In this document: positions 57,920 through 64,000 of the stretch, in pieces | Layout of the letters: each line of letters opens with the position of its first letter | Position numbering within the stretch: position 1 is the first letter of the stretch | Assembly (NCBI RefSeq): GCF_009914755.1 | Contig: NC_060926.1 | DNA length: 64,000 bases | Strand: one strand, 5' to 3' | Source: the human T2T-CHM13v2.0 reference genome, Homo sapiens | The notes under the pieces: generated by a model | What the model saw: only the letters and a program-made list of their open reading frames with translations | Database searches by the model: none | Told to the model about the DNA's origin: nothing | Position numbers and translations under genes: made by a program

Positions 57920-58856
57920 AGATACTGTATACTGTGCTGTACCTCTTAGGATTCACCAAGTCCGATATGCTACAGAATTGACAACCATTGTTCAGCAGTC
58001 ATCAAACAATAAGTTCACATATAAGTATTCCAGCTCTCTCATCTTCCAAGTAGCATAACTTTAAGTTTGACATCATTTCCCAAATTTTTCTTATAGGATT
58101 AAGTTTCATTCACTCACAGTGATAGCTGGCTTGATGATACCCTCTTTTTACTGCTATTTTTTTTGGAATATTTATTGGCATTTAACAAACTACTCCAAGT
58201 ATTAGTGGCTTCAACACCAATCATTTTACTGAATTTTTCAATTTTTATAATTTACACCTTTGGGCAAAGCCCAGCTGTACATTTCTTCTGATACATATCA
58301 CGTCAACTGGGGACACTCAGTAGTAATCAGCTGGTGGCAGGGATGATACTGAGGATCCAAAATAATTTTGCTGACTTTGTTCACATTCCTAGTGCCTCTA
58401 TGAGGACATCTGGAAACCTGAGCCCAGCTGGATCTCTCTCCCTCTCCATGAACTATTAGGACCTTCCCACTTGGTCTCTCTTAACAGGTAATTGGACTTC
58501 ATACATGGCTGTTTACTGCCCTGATGCCAAGTGTTTCAAGAGACAGAAGGTGAAGCTGCCAGTCTCTTAAGGCTTTGACCTAGAAATTGGCATGGGGCCC
58601 CTCTGCCATATTCTATTTGTCAGAGAAATCATGACCCCTTCTCCTTTTACCAGGGCGTCATGCTTAATTGAAGGGGTAACCTCTCAATCTCAGGGGCTGA
58701 AAACTGTGTGGCCATCTCTAATCTGTCACACTCTTTTCTCCTTCCTCTCTTTCACTTGTTTACCCTCCTAGTGTTTTAAATTTGTATAACTCAAAAACTA
58801 CCCGTTCTAAATTTACTATCTCAGTGTTTGTTTCTGGTGGAAACCAAACCAAGAAA
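57920..58856 (+). mobile_element. LTR16-like ERVL LTR split by an MLT1 LTR
   Basis: GGATTAAGTTTC..CACAGTGATAGCTGGCTTGATGATACCC, resuming after 58735 to ATCTCAGTGTTTGTTTCTGGTGGAAACCAAACCAAGA. Confidence 0.55.
58147..58730 (-). mobile_element. MLT1F/G/H-type MaLR LTR
   Basis: TAACAAACTACTCCAAGTATTAGTGGCTT...CTGCCATATTCTATTTGTCA...GGCCATCTCTAATCTGTCACA; CTCTT at 58142-58146 and 58731-58735 fits a 5-bp TSD. Confidence 0.7.
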
Positions 58857-59314
58857 AGGATGTTTGTATTTGGCCAAAAGAAAGATTTTTATAGACAATT
58901 ATTATTTTGATTCTTATTCATGGTGAAGTGGTTCTTAATGCTTCTTTCTCATTAAATAGATTGTGAGTGAGAGATGGTAGCTGATTTGTCTAATAAACAC
59001 TTGGGACTTGAACAACATTTTTCAAACCATAACTACAATGTTTTTGCCACTGTACCTAAGGATGAAATAAGGAGATAAACCTAAAAACAGTCATTTAAAG
59101 CTGCAAACACCAAGCAGTTGTTGGCTTTATTTTTTAACTCACTTGATTCAATTCAATTTGTGAATTTTTAAAAAGCTGTTTCTTTTCTGACAATTCCTCG
59201 AATGATCCTTTCAGTTGACATGGAGTCAAAGGGTTGGCTAATTTACTTACTCAACTACAGCATCCCTGATTCTTTGATTTTCCCAGGAAGTAGGAAAGAA
59301 GGAGGATTAACTTT

Positions 59315-59490
59315 TGCTGCACACCTCCACTATGTCAAGCACTGTGCTGTTCACATTCACTGCTCTTTTATTTAATCCTCACATCATAGGTAATATCCAC
59401 ATATTTTTAGATGAAGAAACTGCTTCAAACTAAGGTAGCAAGCAGGGATTTTGATGCAGTCTGTCTGGCCACGGAGCCAGACAGATTCGA
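59315..59490 (-). mobile_element. MIR fragment
   Basis: CTATGTCAAGCACTGTGCT..TTTAATCCTCACA..TTTTAGATGAAGAAACTG. Confidence 0.7.
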
Positions 59491-60502
59491 CTATACTTTA
59501 CTCTTCCCAATAAGAAGAAAATGCTTAGTGGCGATTTCCCTGTAGGGGAAGTGAATTGCAGGCCCTGGGAAACCATGAGATTCTTTTGCACTGCAACTAG
59601 TAGTTTTAGTGCCCTGCTGGGGAAGTTGAAGCAATTTTCTCCTGCATGATAGGTCCATAGATTTTATTATTATTTTTAAACAGCTCCTATTGAGGTGAAG
59701 TTTGACCTACTCCTGATATGATTGCGTTTCTGCTTCTCCATGTTTTCTGTGCCTGCCTTTATTCTTGACTGTCCAGTCTTACAAATCAGTGGTTTTTATT
59801 TTTTAAGTATTCACAAGCTAGTTCTTCTTACTCTTGCTCTCAAGTTTATTATGCTTCAAATGTCACTATAGAATCTTAACACTCCAATTACAGACAGTAA
59901 GTTAAAAAAAACATGCAAAAAGAAGCCCCTTATACCCTTGCTAACATGACGTTATAAATTTTTTAAATTTGTTGACAATATTATGGATTTAAAAAGTGGT
60001 ATATTATTTTTTAAGTGGCATTTACCTGATTCCAAATAAAACTAAATGACTTTTCTATCTCCCAATTTTCTTTCTTTTTAGAATTGAATTATTTTATTAA
60101 TATTCTCAAATTAATTCATAAATTTCCTATGTATATTAAAGATTTATATTTTGACTGACATAAAAATTGCAAATTTTTCTCATAATTTGTAATTTGTCTT
60201 TTAATGCCGTTTACGGTATTGTTTGTCATTGAGATGTTTTAAATTTGTATGAACTCAAGTTTATTAGTATTTTCCTTTATGGGTTCTGGCTTTTCTATTT
60301 AAGAGTAAGTAACACAATGTAATAGAAATATTGTGTTAAATTTTTATTGTTACATTTAAATATCTAGTCTTAGATGATGTATTTCTTCTAATATATAGCT
60401 AATTATATGTATACTCTATCTTTCCCAATAAAATGAAACCTTATTAAAAATTATATCCTTACTTTCTCTACATGCAAATATAATCCCATATCCTTTATTC
60501 TA

Positions 60503-60786
<284 letters not shown>

Positions 60787-61094
60787 CCCTTTCTTTTTAA
60801 TAGCAATATTTGCAGGTTTAAATTCCTCAATGCACTGCTTCATCTGATCTCAGAAACTTTGATATTTTGTATTTTCATTATAATTTAGTTTCAAACATTT
60901 AACAAGTTCCACTGTGATATCTAATTTGACCCGGGAGTTACTCATAATTGTATGTTTTAATTTCCTAATGTTGAATTCTATTAGATCAGAAAAATTATTC
61001 TGTATGATTTTAATTTTTTAAATATATTAAATCTTGTTTTATGGCTCAGCGTGTGCTTTATCTAGTTATGTACACTCATAAAAATTGTGTATTC

Positions 61095-61490
61095 TAAAAG
61101 TCAACCTCATGAAAACACTAGAATGGCTGAGGGGAAGCCATTACCAGGACCTCTGGGGAAGAGGAATTGGGGAGACGTTGATCAAAGGGTACAGTTTCAG
61201 TCACAAAATGAATAAGTCCTAGAAATCTACAGTACAACATAGTGCCTATAACTAAAAATACTGTATTGTATGCATTAAGATTTGTTAATAGGGTAGCACT
61301 TATGTTAAATGTTTTTACAACAACAACAAAAAGAAGGAAGAAAACATTTACAGGTGATTGTTATGTTTATGGCTTTGCTTATGGTTTCACAGGTATATAC
61401 TTCATGTTCTTTAAGGTATGTACATTAAATATGTACAATTTTTGGTATGTCAATCATACCCAATTAAAAGCAAAAAGATTATTTTAAAAA
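61095..61490 (+). mobile_element. L1MB1/2-like 3'UTR fragment
   Basis: GGGGAGACGTTGATCAAAGGGTACAGTTTCAGT..GAATAAGTCCTAGAAATCTACAGTACAACATAGTG..CATTAAATATGTACAATTTTTGGTATGTCAATCATACC. Confidence 0.75.
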
Positions 61491-63269
61491 ACAACAAAAT
61501 ATGATAAGTATTAAGTGTAGTAGTAGACTTATGTGTACATTTTAATAGTGTTTGTAGGAAAATATATGCCTTTAGTTTCAACAGTTTACATGCATAGAGA
61601 GTCACATGTGGAATGCTATATACCAAACTTTGATATTTGTTACATTTGAGAACATATAGAATTGAAGAAGAGAAAGAATAATTTATTTATATATTTATTT
61701 ATTTATGTGCTACTGCATTATTTTATCTAAATGCAGTATTTTTGTACTTCAAGTTTCAGTAAGTATAAAGCTAAGAACCTCATTATAATAAAAATTCAAT
61801 AAGTAAAATAATTATGTAATTATATTACATTCTTTTTTTCATTTTCATAGTTTCCTGTTTTTAGCTTTTGTAAATACGTATTTCTAAATAAATCCCAGGT
61901 AAACCCAGACTTAGCCAATTTATATAAAGGTTTATATAAATAATATGAGGTGTTAAGAATAACAAGGAATCTGTAGAAGACCATGTTACCTAACAATAGC
62001 GTACATTGGGAAATACTGAAAATTCACATAGCCATATTTAAAGTAAAAGGCATTATTTATTGAATTTTGAGCTTTTACACTTTTAAATTACTAGCTGCTG
62101 ATAGCTTCCTAGATGTGATTTAGTATTTGTACATAGTATTTGTGGAAGCTTTTTACAGTAACCTTCAACTGAATGCAAGTTTAGTTTTGAAACATTCCTT
62201 ATAGATACACAAACGTTTCATCACACTTGACTCAGTTTTGAATATTACCCAGCCAACACTGGCATTCTGGCTGTTTTTGCAATTAACCTCTAGCCTATTG
62301 ACAACAGCACTTATAATTATTATATTCCATATTTATGAAATAGACTATGTCAACTGAAATAATAGGCTATTGATTCGAATAGCCATTTTAAATGCAATTG
62401 AAAATCCAATCAGTTTTCGCAAAACTACTGAATATTCATTTACTATACTTTTGTGCTCCATTAATAACAGTTCTTGCTTCATCTTAGAAACGTTAGACAG
62501 TATTTTATTTAGCATTCATTAGATAACAAACAAAGGCCTACCACATTTTTATTTCAACAAGAGTTGAAAGAGATTGCCTTTATGGAATATCTTAAACATG
62601 TTTTTTTTTCCTTTTGATATAATTCATCAAATTACATTTGAAAGTGTCATCTGATGGTGGAAATATGTCCACTTTAAAGATTAAGATTCTCCATACTCAG
62701 TTTGACTCAATAGTTAGAGGATCACACATAAGGTTATTCAAGTTACTTCATGTGCTACATTGATACATTTTATTTGAGTAATTTAGGGGGTGGCTGTTTG
62801 AAGATAAATGCTTTCTTTTATATCTCATCTAAGTTTGTCATAGAATCTTTAAAGTAAGGCATCTGATCACATTTTACTTAAAAAGAAGTATTTCTAAATT
62901 CAATGACTACTTTAAGAAATTTAAATTTTCAATGTATTGTTTTAGGTAATTGATATCTCTAAACAACATTTTTTGAGAGCTTGTTATATGTTAAAATTTG
63001 TGTTAAGCTATTATTTTATTTAATAATAGTTTAAATCTTTTAATTGTAGTAACTAGAAATATGCAGATATTTTTTCTCTTCAATGACTTTAAGAAAATAT
63101 ACATTTTATTTATAAAAAGGCATGTTATTAAAGGAAGTATTATTTTATTTTAAAGAGTGATAAACAAAATATACATTTAGTTATTTGTGACAGTGGAACT
63201 GAACTAGATTCAATTTCTTCCTTTCTGTATATTAAAGTCCAGAACATATGACATTTCCCATCCATCTAT

Positions 63270-64000
63270 TTATCAGACATTACTTTATCCAATAAATATT
63301 TATTTTGTCCTATTATGGCATTTGCAGGCACTGCTTAAATGAAGATGAATTACAGTCTATGATCTGAAGGAGCTTATAGCCAGTAATGTAAATAAAACAT
63401 TATAATTCATTTTGAGAAATGATTTAACAGTAGTATGTGTATGATCACAAAGGAAGGAATAACAATATGGTATGACCATGTGCAACTATAGTCACTTGTA
63501 GTGAATGAATACCTGGGTAAAGAAAATGACAAAAAGGAATATAGGCATTGCAACATTGTATGCCAGCACTCAAAGCATGGAGAATTTCTAGCAATTCCAT
63601 GTGCACCTAAGTATGGGATTCAAGAGCAGGAGCAGCAAATACTTAGGTTTAATAAATAAAATGGGTGAGATCCAGAAATGCTCTGAACCTAGGAACTTAG
63701 ATTTATCTTATAGTTGCTAAGGAGATTGAGTGTTTTGCAGTAGTTAAGTGAATAAGATTTTAGTTTGAAATACATAATTCCAGAAGTTTAATCCATATTA
63801 AAGAGGACTGAGAATGGAAACAAGGGGAAAAATAGGACAAAATTTTAGTTGCCCAGAGGAGATTAATGAGGTCTGCCATGAAGACTATCTTAATTCACAG
63901 AAAGAGATGGGATAAAGAGACATGGAGAGGTAGTGTAAAGAGTGTTTGGTCAAAAATAAGATGGAAAAATGGAGTACAAGTGTATGAGCTACAGGGGAAA
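63270..64000 (-). mobile_element. L2 fragment
   Basis: CAATAAATATTTATT..CAGGCACTGCT..AAGGAGCTTATAGCCAGT..AGGAACTTAGATTTATCTT antisense L2 motifs. Confidence 0.6.

Noticed and set aside
62365-62426. Short hairpins GGCTATT-N6-AATAGCC and AGTTTT-CGC-AAAACT
   Set aside because: Stems of 6-7 bp are expected by chance in 64 kb of AT-rich DNA.

Overview
AT-rich, repeat-dense primate (human-like) genomic DNA, most likely intergenic or deep intronic. I find no recognisable cellular protein-coding gene; the long ORFs derive from LINE-1, Alu or LTR sequence. Much of the window is transposon-derived: an L1PA3-like element with a twin-priming 5' inversion (13.7-19.4 kb), an old L1MD-type element carrying about seven nested insertions (12.9-26.4 kb), a near-full-length L1MA4/5-type element (37.8-44.7 kb), seven Alus, many solo LTRs, Tigger/MER5 DNA transposons, MIR/L2 relics and a U13 (SNORD13) snoRNA retrocopy. 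The most notable observation is that the L1PA3 inversion junction joins the L1 antisense promoter and the ORF0 start (ATG GCA GGC GCC, MAGA) in frame to ORF2 from about Q329. This forms an antisense-promoter, endonuclease-less ORF2 cassette ending in the L1 3'UTR/poly(A); it is now cut to 328 aa by a frameshift. Also seen: a ~210-bp inverted duplication around a 2.1-kb spacer, a probable ancient ~5-kb inversion breaking an old L1, and an antisense ORF1 fragment embedded in an L1 5'UTR. Subfamily names come from remembered consensus sequences and need RepeatMasker/Dfam confirmation.
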